From Planctomycetota bacterium (GTDB lineage: Bacteria; Planctomycetota; B15-G4): 64,000 bases of DNA. Made by a program: the position numbers and the translations under genes. Numbering within the stretch: position 1 is the first letter of the stretch; the number at the start of each line of letters is the position of its first letter. The notes below the pieces were generated by a model, which worked only from the letters and a program-made list of their open reading frames with translations, ran no database searches and was not told the DNA's origin. Where the stretch lies: NCBI GenBank assembly GCA_965248575.1, contig CBDFJQ010000002.1, positions 1,504,001 to 1,568,000 of the forward strand, given 5' to 3'. This document shows, piece after piece, positions 28,709-38,944 of this stretch.

Positions 28709-30118
28709 ATGTCCACGTCCCGCAGCGTGACCGTTCTCGGAGGAGGCCTCGCCGGCCTCTCGGCCGCCCAGAAGTTCTCGGAAGCCGGCTGGCAGGTCAC
28801 CGTCGTCGAAGCTCGCTCCGAAGTGGGTGGCCTCGCCTCCTCCTACGTGAGCGACGGCTACACCTACGACCTCGGTCCCCACCGTCTCTACAGCAACCTC
28901 GAGGCGCTGAACGACCACTTCAAGATGGTCCTCGACGACAACTGGGACTACCGCGATCGCCTCTCGCGCATCTTCATGAAGGGCGCCTTCTTTGACTACC
29001 CGCTGAAGGCCAGCAACGTGCTGCAGCTTTCGCCGTGGTTGCTGTTCCGCTCGTTCTTCGACTACATCGTCGTGCGCATCCGCAACGCCATCTCCCCCAT
29101 CCCGGACGACAACTTCGAGAATTGGGTGATCAAGCGTTTCGGCCGCACGCTCTACGAGCTCTTCTTCGGCACGTACACGCGCAAGGCCTGGGGCATCCCT
29201 TGCACGCAGATCTCGGCCGACTGGGCCAACCAACGCATCTCGCTGCTGTCGCTCTGGGACACGGTCAAGAAGACGCTCTTCAAGCCGAAGAACGTGCCAC
29301 GCACCTACGTCTCCAAGTTCCTGTACCCCAAGACCGGCGGCATCGGTGCCCTGTCCGTGGGCTACAGGCGGCTCATCGAGCGAGACAGCGGCACCGTCAT
29401 CTGCGATGCGCATGTCACCTCGCTCGACAGTGACGGCAGCAAGGTCACCGCCGTGCACTACGAGAAGGACGGACAGCGGCACAGCATCACGTCCGATCTC
29501 GTGGTCAGCACCCTGCCGCTGACCATGCTCGTTCCCATGATGGGCGAGCGCGTCCCGGCCGAAGCACATGCCGCCGTGGATGGCTTGATCCACAAGGGCA
29601 TCGTCTTCGTGTACCTCATGCTCGACCGGGAGACCCTGACGCCCGACCACTGGGTGTACATCCCCGAAGAACACATCGCCGTCCATCGCATCAGCGAGTT
29701 CACCAACTTCTCCCGGGACTGCGCGCCCGAGGGCAAGACCATGGTCTGCGCCGAGATCACGGCCACCGTCGGCGACAAGTACTGGACCATGGCCGACGAG
29801 GACCTGATCAAGCTCGCCTCGGAGAACCTGGCCACGCTGAAGCTCCTGGACCCCAAGGAAGTGCGCGACGGCGGCTTCGTGCGCCGTGTGGATTACGCTT
29901 ACCCCATCTACGACCTCACCTACCGCGGACACGTCCGCTCCCTGGTCGACTACCTGCGGACCTTCGACAACATGGTCTCCACCGGGCGGCAGGGCCTCTT
30001 CCGCTACGGCAACATGGACCATTCCGTCGCCATGGGTCACGCCGTCGCCCGGCGCATCCTTGAGGACAGCGCCATCGATCACGAGCAGATTGCGGCAGGG
30101 GACGAGTACTTCGGGTGA
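28709..30118 (+). CDS. FAD-dependent oxidoreductase (HemY/UDP-galactopyranose-mutase-like family found in glycan loci)
   Basis: GGGLAGLSAA Rossmann motif, EVGGLA, DLGPHR, AYPIY, GRQGLFRYGNMDHS. Confidence 0.82.
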   Translation: MSTSRSVTVLGGGLAGLSAAQKFSEAGWQVTVVEARSEVGGLASSYVSDGYTYDLGPHRLYSNLEALNDHFKMVLDDNWDYRDRLSRIFMKGAFFDYPLKASNVLQLSPWLLFRSFFDYIVVRIRNAISPIPDDNFENWVIKRFGRTLYELFFGTYTRKAWGIPCTQISADWANQRISLLSLWDTVKKTLFKPKNVPRTYVSKFLYPKTGGIGALSVGYRRLIERDSGTVICDAHVTSLDSDGSKVTAVHYEKDGQRHSITSDLVVSTLPLTMLVPMMGERVPAEAHAAVDGLIHKGIVFVYLMLDRETLTPDHWVYIPEEHIAVHRISEFTNFSRDCAPEGKTMVCAEITATVGDKYWTMADEDLIKLASENLATLKLLDPKEVRDGGFVRRVDYAYPIYDLTYRGHVRSLVDYLRTFDNMVSTGRQGLFRYGNMDHSVAMGHAVARRILEDSAIDHEQIAAGDEYFG

Positions 30119-31053
30119 CCCCCGGCGGCGGTCATTCCTCGCCACCAGATGGCATGCGCGAGATGCCGTGCCTGTTCTGCGGGGTGCACGAAGAACGGGT
30201 GCGCTTCCATGATGCTGCCTACCGGGTGGTGGAATGCAGTCGCTGTGGCTTGGTCTACGTCAACCCGCGGCTGCCCACAGCGCGCCTCTACGAGATGTAC
30301 CAGGAGGAGTACTGGAACAGTGACCGGGCGAAAGACTTCGGCTACGGCGAGTACCTGTCGGACGCGGACAAGTACCTGAAGACTTACCGGCTGCGCGCCA
30401 AGCTGGTCGACCGCTACAAGAGCCAGCCCGGCAGGGTGCTCGACGTGGGTTGCGCTGCGGGCTTCTTCCTGAAGGTCATGGCCGACAAGGGCTGGTCCAC
30501 GGCCGGCATCGAGATCGCCAGACCGATGATCGACTACGCCGAAGCTGAGCTGGGCCTCTCGGACATGCTTCGAGGTGACTTGCTCAGCGTTGCAGGGGGT
30601 AGCGAAGCATCCGCTCTGCCGCCCAAGAGCTTCGACGTGGTCACCCTCTGGGATGTCGTCGAACATCTCGAACAACCGGGCCTCCACCTGGAGCAAGCCC
30701 ACGCCTTGCTGAAGGACGATGGCATCCTGGTGCTGGAGACACAGAACGTGGACTCGTTCTTCGCCAAGCTGCTCGGAACCAGGTGGCAGCACTACAAGCA
30801 CGAAGAACATCTCTACCACTTCCACCCCGCCAGCCTGCGCCGCCTGCTGCACGACGCCGGCTTCGAGGTGCTCGAGAACACCCCGCGTCGGGGCGGTAAA
30901 TACGTCTCGATGGAGTTTCTCGTCGAGCGCGTCGGCAAGCTGCACCCGGTGCTGTCGGCGCTGGCCTCCCCGCTTCGGCTCTTCAGCGGGTTCGCGCCGT
31001 ATGTCAATCTCATGGACGAAATGGTGGTGGTGGCGCGCAAGCGTCCCGTCTAG
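30115..31053 (+). CDS. Class I SAM methyltransferase with N-terminal Zn ribbon
   Basis: CLFC...CSRCGLVYVNP; VLDVGCAAG; FDVVTLWDVVEHL; EHLYHF. Confidence 0.88.
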   Translation: MTPGGGHSSPPDGMREMPCLFCGVHEERVRFHDAAYRVVECSRCGLVYVNPRLPTARLYEMYQEEYWNSDRAKDFGYGEYLSDADKYLKTYRLRAKLVDRYKSQPGRVLDVGCAAGFFLKVMADKGWSTAGIEIARPMIDYAEAELGLSDMLRGDLLSVAGGSEASALPPKSFDVVTLWDVVEHLEQPGLHLEQAHALLKDDGILVLETQNVDSFFAKLLGTRWQHYKHEEHLYHFHPASLRRLLHDAGFEVLENTPRRGGKYVSMEFLVERVGKLHPVLSALASPLRLFSGFAPYVNLMDEMVVVARKRPV

Positions 31054-31115
31054 GTTCGCCCCGCGCTTGACCCAGCCCACTCGCCTCTCTTGAGACGCCA
31101 ATCCGGCGCCCAGAC

Positions 31116-32084
31116 ATGTCGCCCGTCGTCCTGCTCATCGCCCTGCCCCTGCTCGTGGCGCTTGTCGTCGGGTGCTTGGGCCGTCGTCCCGGCAGGCGGC
31201 TTCGCGGTGCGCTCTTCAGCGGCATGCTGTTGGCTCTTTCGCTGCCACTGCTGCTCGGAGTGTCTCGACCTGGGTCTATGTCGGAGGCAAGCGCCGGGAA
31301 CGGCGAGCCAGCCTGGACCGAGGCTGCCCAGGTGCTCACCCCCTTCGCCCCCCAGCGTCTCGTCGAACTCGTCTTGCCAGACCTCTGGGAAGGTCTGCCG
31401 CATCAGGCACCCAGCCTGATCACCCAGACCTACTCGCCCACCCTGGCGACGCAGCAGGCGCAGGCTGGCTCTGCCTCGACTACCGGCACCGGCGGTCGGC
31501 TGCACCTCGGCATCACGGCCCTTTGCCTGGCGATCATGGGCTTCGTAGGCCTGGGCGGCTGGGCAGCCTGGCTGGGTCGCCTGGCGGTGGTCTTGGGTCT
31601 GCTCCTGGCCTGCGGCGATGCCCTGGGTGCGCCGCCCCCTCCCGCGGACGTCGTGCTGGTGGGCGTGCTCTGCCTGAGTGCCGGGCTCGCCGTCCTGGCA
31701 GGCCTGGCCCTGGCTTCACTGCTGCCACTCGAGGACGATGACCCCGTGGGCGCTGCCCTGCTGTTGGGCGCCGTCTGCCTGGTGCTGGCCGGCGGCCTCG
31801 TCGGCTGGGCCGCCACGGCCGGTAGCGGAGAAGCACGCGATGTCCTGGCCCCGCTCCTGCTGCGCATCGAAGCAGCTGGCAACCCAACGCCCACAGCGGT
31901 GATCCAAGCCCAGGCCGCCACTCACCTGACCCGGGTCCTGGACCAGGCCGCCATCGCCGCGGTGGCCGCCATGACGGCCTTGCTGCTGCACCTCAAGGGA
32001 CGTCGCCTGCCCACGGCGATCCTGGTCTTCGTGGTCTCCGCCGCGGAGTTGTGGGCCGTGCACACGGGTTTCAGCCTCTTCTAG
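31116..32084 (+). CDS. Hypothetical polytopic membrane protein (resembles the central part of YfhO)
   Basis: Multiple TM segments; PQRLVELVLPDLW and HLGITALCLA resemble YfhO internal motifs by eye only. Confidence 0.5.
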   Translation: MSPVVLLIALPLLVALVVGCLGRRPGRRLRGALFSGMLLALSLPLLLGVSRPGSMSEASAGNGEPAWTEAAQVLTPFAPQRLVELVLPDLWEGLPHQAPSLITQTYSPTLATQQAQAGSASTTGTGGRLHLGITALCLAIMGFVGLGGWAAWLGRLAVVLGLLLACGDALGAPPPPADVVLVGVLCLSAGLAVLAGLALASLLPLEDDDPVGAALLLGAVCLVLAGGLVGWAATAGSGEARDVLAPLLLRIEAAGNPTPTAVIQAQAATHLTRVLDQAAIAAVAAMTALLLHLKGRRLPTAILVFVVSAAELWAVHTGFSLF

Positions 32085-32115
32085 CCGAGCTGTCTGCGCA
32101 GCTGGCATGAACCGA

Positions 32116-32829
32116 TCAGGGATCACCTGAACCTGCGACCGCAGTTCGAGAGGGAAGTTGGCCACGTGCCACCAAGCGCCCTAGGCGCCAGCGCGCCAGC
32201 AGCAGCGCGGCAGCGATCCAGGCCGCGGCGTGCACGAGCAAGAGCGACTCCTGGCCGCCGAAACCGCGTTGGCCGAAGCTGCCCAGCCGGCCCAGGTCCG
32301 GCAGCACGAGACTGAGCGCCGAACCCCAGGGGCTGCCCTCCAACCAGCTGCGGAGATGACCTGCCACCGCCAGGACCCACAACGCAGGAACACACTGAGC
32401 GCGCGGCAGGAAAGCTCCGAGTGCCAGCCCTGCAGCCGCAAGGACGGCGAGCTCCAAGCTGAGGCCCCAAGGCGCCAAGGGACCACCCCCCCCGGCCACG
32501 GCAGCGCAGAGCACTGCTGGTACGGTGGCCAACGTCAGGCCCAGGCAGCGGCTCGGGAGAGCGAAGCCGGCGCCCTTGGCCACCCGCAGCGCCAGGAGCC
32601 CATGACGAGCCTCCCGGGCCACCAGCAACGGTTCGGCGAGGGAGAGCGCCAGGAGCCCTGCGAACAGAAGGCTTCCGCTGCGCACTTCCACGAGGAACTC
32701 AGGCGTTGCCCCCAGATGACCCGCCACGAGTCGTGTGCTCAGCCAGGCGGCACCCGAGCTGACCAGCAGCAGGGGTCCCAGGACGCCCGGAGTCAGGCTG
32801 CGACGGAGCGTGCTCTGGAGGATCATCAC
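32116..32829 (-). CDS. Hypothetical membrane protein (ABC-2 permease-like topology)
   Basis: About six hydrophobic segments; co-oriented downstream of lepB. Confidence 0.5.
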   Translation of the reverse strand: MMILQSTLRRSLTPGVLGPLLLVSSGAAWLSTRLVAGHLGATPEFLVEVRSGSLLFAGLLALSLAEPLLVAREARHGLLALRVAKGAGFALPSRCLGLTLATVPAVLCAAVAGGGGPLAPWGLSLELAVLAAAGLALGAFLPRAQCVPALWVLAVAGHLRSWLEGSPWGSALSLVLPDLGRLGSFGQRGFGGQESLLLVHAAAWIAAALLLARWRLGRLVARGQLPSRTAVAGSGDP

Positions 32830-32898
32830 GCCCCCATCCTGGCCCAGGACCCCGTGCCATTCCTAGGGCAGATCCCAGTACCGTGCCCAGTACGGTGC

Positions 32899-33420
32899 CT
32901 AGTGCCGGTCGAGGGCGGCCACCGTGGAGATGCCTTCGCCCGACATGCGCAGCATGACCTTGCCCAGGATCTGCGACACGGGGACGGGGCCGAAGTCCCT
33001 GCTGTCCACGGACACAGCCCGGTGATCACCCATGACGAAGTACTCGTCGCCTCCCAGCGTCAGCGCATGCATGGAGTCGGCAACCTTGTACGGCCCGGGG
33101 ATGTCTTCCTCGACTCTCTTCCCGTTGCGCCACAAGGCCCCTTTGTCCAGGGCGATGAGATCCCCGGGAGCACCCACGACGCGCTTCACGAGCACCTCGT
33201 CATGCACCTCGAAGACCACGGTGTCCCCCGCGAGCACGGGATGGACCAGCCAGGATTCATCGGCCACCAGGATGCGATCACCGTCCTGGAGCGTGTCGAG
33301 CATCGACGTTCCGGCGACCCGGTAGACGGTGAAGAGGCTCGCCCGTGCCACGGCCATGAGCAAGACCGCCGCCGCAAGAACACGCAACATCAGCACGAGC
33401 TTGTGACGAGACCCACCCAT
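32899..33420 (-). CDS. lepB: Signal peptidase I
   Basis: GTSMLDTL (catalytic Ser), LVKRVVG (Lys), GDHRAVSVDSRDFG. Confidence 0.92.
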   Translation of the reverse strand: MGGSRHKLVLMLRVLAAAVLLMAVARASLFTVYRVAGTSMLDTLQDGDRILVADESWLVHPVLAGDTVVFEVHDEVLVKRVVGAPGDLIALDKGALWRNGKRVEEDIPGPYKVADSMHALTLGGDEYFVMGDHRAVSVDSRDFGPVPVSQILGKVMLRMSGEGISTVAALDRH

Positions 33421-33575
33421 ACCCGGACATCCGAGGCCGCAAGGAACCAGCCCCTCTTATCGGCCGCCCTCGCCGGCACCCTGACCCTCAATCCGCAGGA
33501 AGAGCCAGGCTGTGGGCCTGTAGCCCAAGCGGGCGCCTCGGGCCGTTCAAGGGGGGCTCAAGGGGGGGGCAGAAC

Positions 33576-34280
33576 CTAGAACAGGTTGTATTTGATGATG
33601 CACCAGAGGGCCTGGAAGCCGTCCTTCACACCAATCTTCTTGCCCTCGGCGAAGTCGCGCCCGAAGTAGGACACGGGCACCTCGTAGATGCGCACCTTGC
33701 TGCCGTTGAACTTCATGCGCGAGATCTTCGCGGTCATCTCGGGTTCGACGCCGAACCGGTTGCTCTCGATGTTGAGACGGTCGGCGACCTCGCGGCGGAA
33801 GACCTTGTAGCAGGTCTCCATGTCCGTGAGGTTCAGGTTGGTGAGCATGTTCGAGAACAGGGTCAGGCCCTTGTTCACCACGTAGTGCCAGAACAGGTGG
33901 CAACGGTGCGCGCCACCACCGAGGAAGCGGCTGCCGTAGACCACATCGGCGAGTCCGTCTTCGATGGGCTTGAGCAGCGCCGGGTAGTCGTCCGGCGTGT
34001 ACTCGAGGTCGGCGTCCTGGATCAGGACGATGTCGCCTTCGACCTTGGCGAAGCCAGCCTTCAGGGCCGCCCCTTTGCCCTGGTTCACGTCTTGGAAGAA
34101 GATCCGCAGGCCGGGGATGTTCTCGGCCTCCATCTCCCGCAGCACATCGCGAGTGCCATCCTTGGAGCCATCGTCCACGACAACGAGCTCCTTGTCGTGG
34201 GGCGTCGCGAGGACGCGTTCGATGATGGTGCGGATGGTCTGCCGCTCGTTGTAGACCGGCATGACGACGCTGATTTTCAT
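33576..34280 (-). CDS. GT2 polyprenol-phosphate glycosyltransferase (DPM1/GtrB-like)
   Basis: MKISVVMPVYNE, VDDGSKDGT, NQGKGAA, IQDADLEY, TDMETCYK, EGKKIG. Confidence 0.92.
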   Translation of the reverse strand: MKISVVMPVYNERQTIRTIIERVLATPHDKELVVVDDGSKDGTRDVLREMEAENIPGLRIFFQDVNQGKGAALKAGFAKVEGDIVLIQDADLEYTPDDYPALLKPIEDGLADVVYGSRFLGGGAHRCHLFWHYVVNKGLTLFSNMLTNLNLTDMETCYKVFRREVADRLNIESNRFGVEPEMTAKISRMKFNGSKVRIYEVPVSYFGRDFAEGKKIGVKDGFQALWCIIKYNLF

Positions 34281-34386
34281 GAGGAGATTCCCGAGGCGGT
34301 CGGAATCATCCCGCAAGATCCGAAGACGATCAAGGCGAGGTTGATGGGCTGGCTGGTCAAGGGCTGGTTGGGGGCTGGTTGGGGGC

Positions 34387-35568
34387 CTAGCGATCCGAGG
34401 CGATGCGTGGATCCACCACCACCTCGGAAGTGCCGAAGACCTGCTCCAGCTGGAAGGTCTGCATGAGGGCCCGGATCATGTGGGAGAACTCAGGCGATTC
34501 CTCGACCGCCCAGAACGGAATCTTGAACATTGGCAGGATCTCGCTGTCCGGGCGCTTTCGCCGGCTTTGGATATCCCGCCGCTTTCCGGCCATGCAGTCG
34601 ATCAGCATGGTGAAATCGTTGATGGCCAACATGTCCGCCTTGGCGGGTGGTGGGATGCCCACGGACCTCTTGTTGGCGCGCAGCTTGAGCAGGACCTCGT
34701 GCATCCGGCCCCGGCCCCGGGCGTCCCGGGCATTGATCCGGTAGCCAGCGTCGTCCAGGGCCAGCACGTAGGACATGCGCTTCTGGTGGACGAGCATGGC
34801 GGCCGGCAGGACCCGGTGCAGCACGTGCTCCTCGTAATTCTTGTAGATGAGCCACAGCGGATTGCGCATCTGCAGCAGCCGGATCTTGTGCACGTCGATG
34901 CGTCGGCTGGTGCTCATATGGTGGTGGTAGGCCAGGGACTGCGGCACGTAGAGGACGCGGTAGCCCAGCACCCAGAGCCGGAAGCCCAGGTCGACATCCT
35001 CGTAGTAGGCGAAGAAGTCCTCGTCGAAGCGGCCCGCGTCCTCGTAGACCTCGCGCCGGATCGCCATGGAGCCACCGCAGGCGAAGAGCGTCTCGCAGGG
35101 CTTCTTGTAACGGTCGATGTCGGGGTCACCCATCCCCACCTGCCAGCCGATGCCGTGGAAGTTCATGGCCGAGCCACCGAAGTTCACAACCTGCCCATTC
35201 CAACTCAACGTCATGGAACTCGTGCAGTCCGCCTCCCCTGCCACGATCGGAGCCACCAGCTCCTTCAGCCAGGTGGACTCCACCCGCATGTCGGTGTTGA
35301 GGAAGACCAAGACCTCGGCGTTCGACGCCTCGACCCCCACGTTGACGCCCCCGGCAAAGCCGTGGTTCTGGCGGCACGGAACGCAGCGTGCGTCAGGGGC
35401 CTGCTTGTCGAGCCACTGGACCGAGCCGTCGACGGAGGCGTTGTCGACCATCACCACCTCGAGCAGGTCCGCGGGATAATCCACGGCACGCAGCGACTCG
35501 AACAGCTTCTCGAAGTGATGCCGCCCGTTGAGGTTGACGAGAATGATGGAAACCGAGGGCAGGCTCAC
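34387..35568 (-). CDS. GT2 glycosyltransferase
   Basis: VSIILVNLN, VDNASVDGS, NHGFAGG, LNTD, FAYYEDVDLGFR; GTGA-coupled start at 35568. Confidence 0.92.
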   Translation of the reverse strand: MSLPSVSIILVNLNGRHHFEKLFESLRAVDYPADLLEVVMVDNASVDGSVQWLDKQAPDARCVPCRQNHGFAGGVNVGVEASNAEVLVFLNTDMRVESTWLKELVAPIVAGEADCTSSMTLSWNGQVVNFGGSAMNFHGIGWQVGMGDPDIDRYKKPCETLFACGGSMAIRREVYEDAGRFDEDFFAYYEDVDLGFRLWVLGYRVLYVPQSLAYHHHMSTSRRIDVHKIRLLQMRNPLWLIYKNYEEHVLHRVLPAAMLVHQKRMSYVLALDDAGYRINARDARGRGRMHEVLLKLRANKRSVGIPPPAKADMLAINDFTMLIDCMAGKRRDIQSRRKRPDSEILPMFKIPFWAVEESPEFSHMIRALMQTFQLEQVFGTSEVVVDPRIASDR

Positions 35569-37940
35569 CTGTGGCGGGCTCCGCTGATGTGCGCGCGCGG
35601 CCCCCGGCAGGACACAACCTGCCGGTATCGCCACTCCCACTCCTCGGCCTCGTCGGCGTCGGTCTTGATGGGAGGTGCTGCGGAAGCCAAGCGTTCCCCA
35701 AGATCCGGATCCGAGAGGAATCTCTCAAGGGCAGACTGCAGAGATTGGGCGTTTCCTGTTTCGAACAGGAGTCCGTTGACGTCGTGCTCGATTCCCTCGG
35801 CGATGCCAGCGATGTCGCTGCCCACCAGAGGCGTCCCCGCGAGGTGGGCCTCCCGCACCGTCAGTCCGTAGGCCTCCTGCCAGATGGAGGGGACCACCAG
35901 CACGTCCAAGGAGCCATGAATGGGCCCCAGGGCGTCGTGGTCGAAGCGGCCGTGGAAATGGATGCAATCCCCAGCGATCCGTCGGGCAGAGGCCGTCACC
36001 GCCTGGATCTCGGCGGCCACCGTGGGGTCGTTGCCGCCCTCATGATCCCCGTGCACGTGCAGCTCGGCAGCCCCAGCGGGCAAGGCGGCGACCGCCTCTG
36101 CCAGCAGCTCGAGGCCCTTGAACCAGACGATGCTGCCGATGAAGCCCACGCGCAGCGCTGCTCCGGGCTTGCGCGCCGTTCGCACCGGCGGCCCCTCGCT
36201 GAGCCAGCGGGTGTCCATGCCATAGGCACTCAGCGCGATGTCTGCCGCCGGGATCCCCAGCCCCTCCATGGACTTCTTGAGGGTGACGGACGGGACGACC
36301 AGGGAGTCCGCCCGCTGCAACACCTCGCGCATCCAAACTTCGCGCCGCAAGAGGGAGGCGGTGTCCTGCTTGCTCTTCTCTCGCCCCGGTGGCGGTGCTG
36401 GCACGGATTGGGGAACCCCCTCCGCCCAGAGTGTCGCCAGACCGCCCAGCAGGCGGTCGACCCGTGCCAAGGGGTCGATCAGCTTGGGCTTGTCCTTGAC
36501 GCAAGCTGCGCAGCCCAGCCCTGGCGGCGGGATCAGGCAGTTGCTCCGGTCAGGACGAATCAGCTGCACCTTCGGGCAGCGCGCCCAGAAGTCACTCAGG
36601 GTGACGACGCAGGGAACGTCGCCCACCTGGCAGCGGTCGATCAGCCCCGTCGACAGGTGGATCATGTGCTGCAGGTGCACGACGTCGGGCTGTTCGGCAG
36701 CGAGCACCTTGTCGAAGGCGTCTTCGGCAGGTCGGAAGCGATAGGTCTCGTCAACTCCCGAGAAGGCGAGGTGGTTCACGAAGCGATGGACCTTGAAGCC
36801 GTCGAACTCGGCCTCGTGAACGGAGCGATCGTGTTCCTCGGGCGTGCCGGGGCTGCGCACGAACAAGACCACCTCGTGCCCCCGTTCGCGCAGCGCCCGC
36901 GCCAGCGTGAGCGACAGGACCTCAACGCCGGCCCAGGAGTCCGGCGGGAAACCGTGCACGACCATCAGGATCTTGAGCGCGGGCCCCAGCACGGGAACCT
37001 GGGCTGGGTCCAGCGCAGTGCGCTCACGCCTCGCGCGTCGCCCACCCTTCCAGAAGCCGTGGAACTCGGCGAAGTGATAGACCGGCGAGAGCAGCGACCA
37101 CTTGACCTTGTCGATCTTGCTGAGGGGCGTCGTCGCCAGATAGCGCCGGTCCTCCTTCCAGCTCCGGACGGTCATGATCCAGACGTGTTTCAACTCATCG
37201 ATGCAGGTTCGATCGAGCAGCCGCATGTTCATGTCGGCGTCTACCTGCGTCCGGGCATGCACGCTGGCCGCCTCGTACTCATGGCTGTGCAGGACCTCGC
37301 TGGTAGGGTCAAAGACCACGGTCCAACCCGCCTCCAGCACGGCCTTGGCGTACCTGATGTCCTCACCCATCATGCCGCGCACCAGCGGCAACTGCTGCCA
37401 CACGGATCGGCGCAGACAGCTCGACACGTCGTTGTAATTGCAGTCCACCCGCAGGCTGTGCGGGTCCATGGCCGCCCAGGCTTCGGGCGATTCCATGCTC
37501 ACTTCCAGCCGCTCCGTGCCGTAGCACAGGTCCCCCTCGCAGCCACGCTTCACCAACGGGCCCGCATCCGGTCGTGGCAGGATGCGACTGAAGGCGCCGG
37601 CCACCTTGGGGTCCTCGAAGTTGCGCACGAGGTTGCGCAGCCAGTGAGGTCCGACAGGTTCGGCATCCTGGACCAGCAACACCACCAGCTCCCCGCGGGT
37701 CATGCCCACACCCAGGTTTCGGGTGTCTCCGTGATCGAAGGCGCTGGGATGGATGCGATGACACTTCACGCCGGGGCGGGCAGCGATGTCGTCGAGGCTT
37801 CCATCCGTGGAACCGGAATCGATGACGAGGATGTCCACGGGACCGTCGTAGTCCTGGGCCAGCACCGCGTCGAGGCAGGGCGCCAACACAGGCCGCCCAT
37901 TCTTGGCGGGAATCACCACGGAGACGGAGGGCGAACTCAT
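35565..37940 (-). CDS. Bifunctional GT2 (rhamnosyltransferase-like) - GT4 glycosyltransferase
   Basis: N-half IDSGSTDGS, FDHGDTRN, VQDA, HSHEY; C-half ILMVVHGFPP, Cys4 insert, VPSIWQEAYGLTVREA. Confidence 0.9.
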   Translation of the reverse strand: MSSPSVSVVIPAKNGRPVLAPCLDAVLAQDYDGPVDILVIDSGSTDGSLDDIAARPGVKCHRIHPSAFDHGDTRNLGVGMTRGELVVLLVQDAEPVGPHWLRNLVRNFEDPKVAGAFSRILPRPDAGPLVKRGCEGDLCYGTERLEVSMESPEAWAAMDPHSLRVDCNYNDVSSCLRRSVWQQLPLVRGMMGEDIRYAKAVLEAGWTVVFDPTSEVLHSHEYEAASVHARTQVDADMNMRLLDRTCIDELKHVWIMTVRSWKEDRRYLATTPLSKIDKVKWSLLSPVYHFAEFHGFWKGGRRARRERTALDPAQVPVLGPALKILMVVHGFPPDSWAGVEVLSLTLARALRERGHEVVLFVRSPGTPEEHDRSVHEAEFDGFKVHRFVNHLAFSGVDETYRFRPAEDAFDKVLAAEQPDVVHLQHMIHLSTGLIDRCQVGDVPCVVTLSDFWARCPKVQLIRPDRSNCLIPPPGLGCAACVKDKPKLIDPLARVDRLLGGLATLWAEGVPQSVPAPPPGREKSKQDTASLLRREVWMREVLQRADSLVVPSVTLKKSMEGLGIPAADIALSAYGMDTRWLSEGPPVRTARKPGAALRVGFIGSIVWFKGLELLAEAVAALPAGAAELHVHGDHEGGNDPTVAAEIQAVTASARRIAGDCIHFHGRFDHDALGPIHGSLDVLVVPSIWQEAYGLTVREAHLAGTPLVGSDIAGIAEGIEHDVNGLLFETGNAQSLQSALERFLSDPDLGERLASAAPPIKTDADEAEEWEWRYRQVVSCRGPRAHISGARHR

Positions 37941-38944
37941 GCCGCACGTCCCCCTGAATTCGAACTCGTTCCTGAACCGGGCCCCGTGCCGGGGCCACGA
38001 CCGGGGCCGAGGCCGTCCAGCGACAGCTGAGGACGATCGGGAAGCGCGCCGAGCGGTCCCCTGCTACCGCGCAGTTGGGCCATGACCTGTGCCCAACGCA
38101 GGGATGAGCTGGCTCTCAGGGCCTCGGGCGTGCGCCGCTCTGGATGGTCCGCCAGCCAACGCCGATCCGCAGCCAACTCCGCAGCCCAACCTTTCAAGGC
38201 ACTCATCCAGCCAGCGCGCACACGCAAGCCGAAGCGCTCACGGAAGAAGCGCGCGTCCTGCTCGTAGCGCTCTGCCACCGAATCCACGTCGTACTCGTGG
38301 CCGTGCTCCACCACGGCCTGCGGCACATGCCCCAACGCCCACCCGCCCCACAGCAGGTCATGGGCCAGCAGGGCGTCCTCGCCAAAATCCGTGTCCCGGA
38401 AGCGTACCGCCTCGAACACGGACGAGCGCACAGCCAGCGCAATGCTGTCGAGACTCAGGTGCCCGCGCCACCGGTCAGCACCCCAGGTGGAGAGCTCCGT
38501 CTCCGAGAAGGGCCCGACCCGTCGCGCCTCTTCGCTGTGGCAAGGCGAACGCTCCACGCTGGAGTGGGTCAGCACCCCCGAGCCAGCAGGAGGCACCTGA
38601 CGAGCGGTGACCGCTCCCAAGTTGGGGTCTTCCAGCGCTGAGGCCAGGTGGCCCAGAAAGCCGGGTCCTTGGGGCACCGCGTCCTGCACCAGGAACACCA
38701 CCACGTCCACGGGCGGCAAGGCCTCGAACCCCAGGCTGCGCGTCGGACCGTGCCGGAACTCCGAGCGAGGGATCGACAGCACTTCGGCTCCGTGTTCCTG
38801 CGCAGCTTCCACGCTGCCATCGTCGGAGCCCGAGTCCACCACCACCACGGCCTTCGGCGCATGCTCCTGAGTCGCCAGGGCTTCCAGACACGAGCGGAAG
38901 CGATCGCCTCCCAGGAGCGTCGGTATGACCACGCCCGTCTCTAT
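37937..38944 (-). CDS. GT2 glycosyltransferase (rhamnosyltransferase-like); start GTG 38932 or ATA 38944
   Basis: VVIPT, VDSGSDDGS, FRHGPTR, VQDA, GED, EHGHEY; paralogous to the N-half of the downstream gene. Confidence 0.88.
   Translation of the reverse strand: METGVVIPTLLGGDRFRSCLEALATQEHAPKAVVVVDSGSDDGSVEAAQEHGAEVLSIPRSEFRHGPTRSLGFEALPPVDVVVFLVQDAVPQGPGFLGHLASALEDPNLGAVTARQVPPAGSGVLTHSSVERSPCHSEEARRVGPFSETELSTWGADRWRGHLSLDSIALAVRSSVFEAVRFRDTDFGEDALLAHDLLWGGWALGHVPQAVVEHGHEYDVDSVAERYEQDARFFRERFGLRVRAGWMSALKGWAAELAADRRWLADHPERRTPEALRASSSLRWAQVMAQLRGSRGPLGALPDRPQLSLDGLGPGRGPGTGPGSGTSSNSGGRAA

Noticed and set aside
28709..30118. Protoporphyrinogen oxidase (hemY) call
   Set aside because: The glycan-locus context and GR.G.FRY.NMDH motif fit the mutase-like flavoprotein family better, and no hem genes are nearby.
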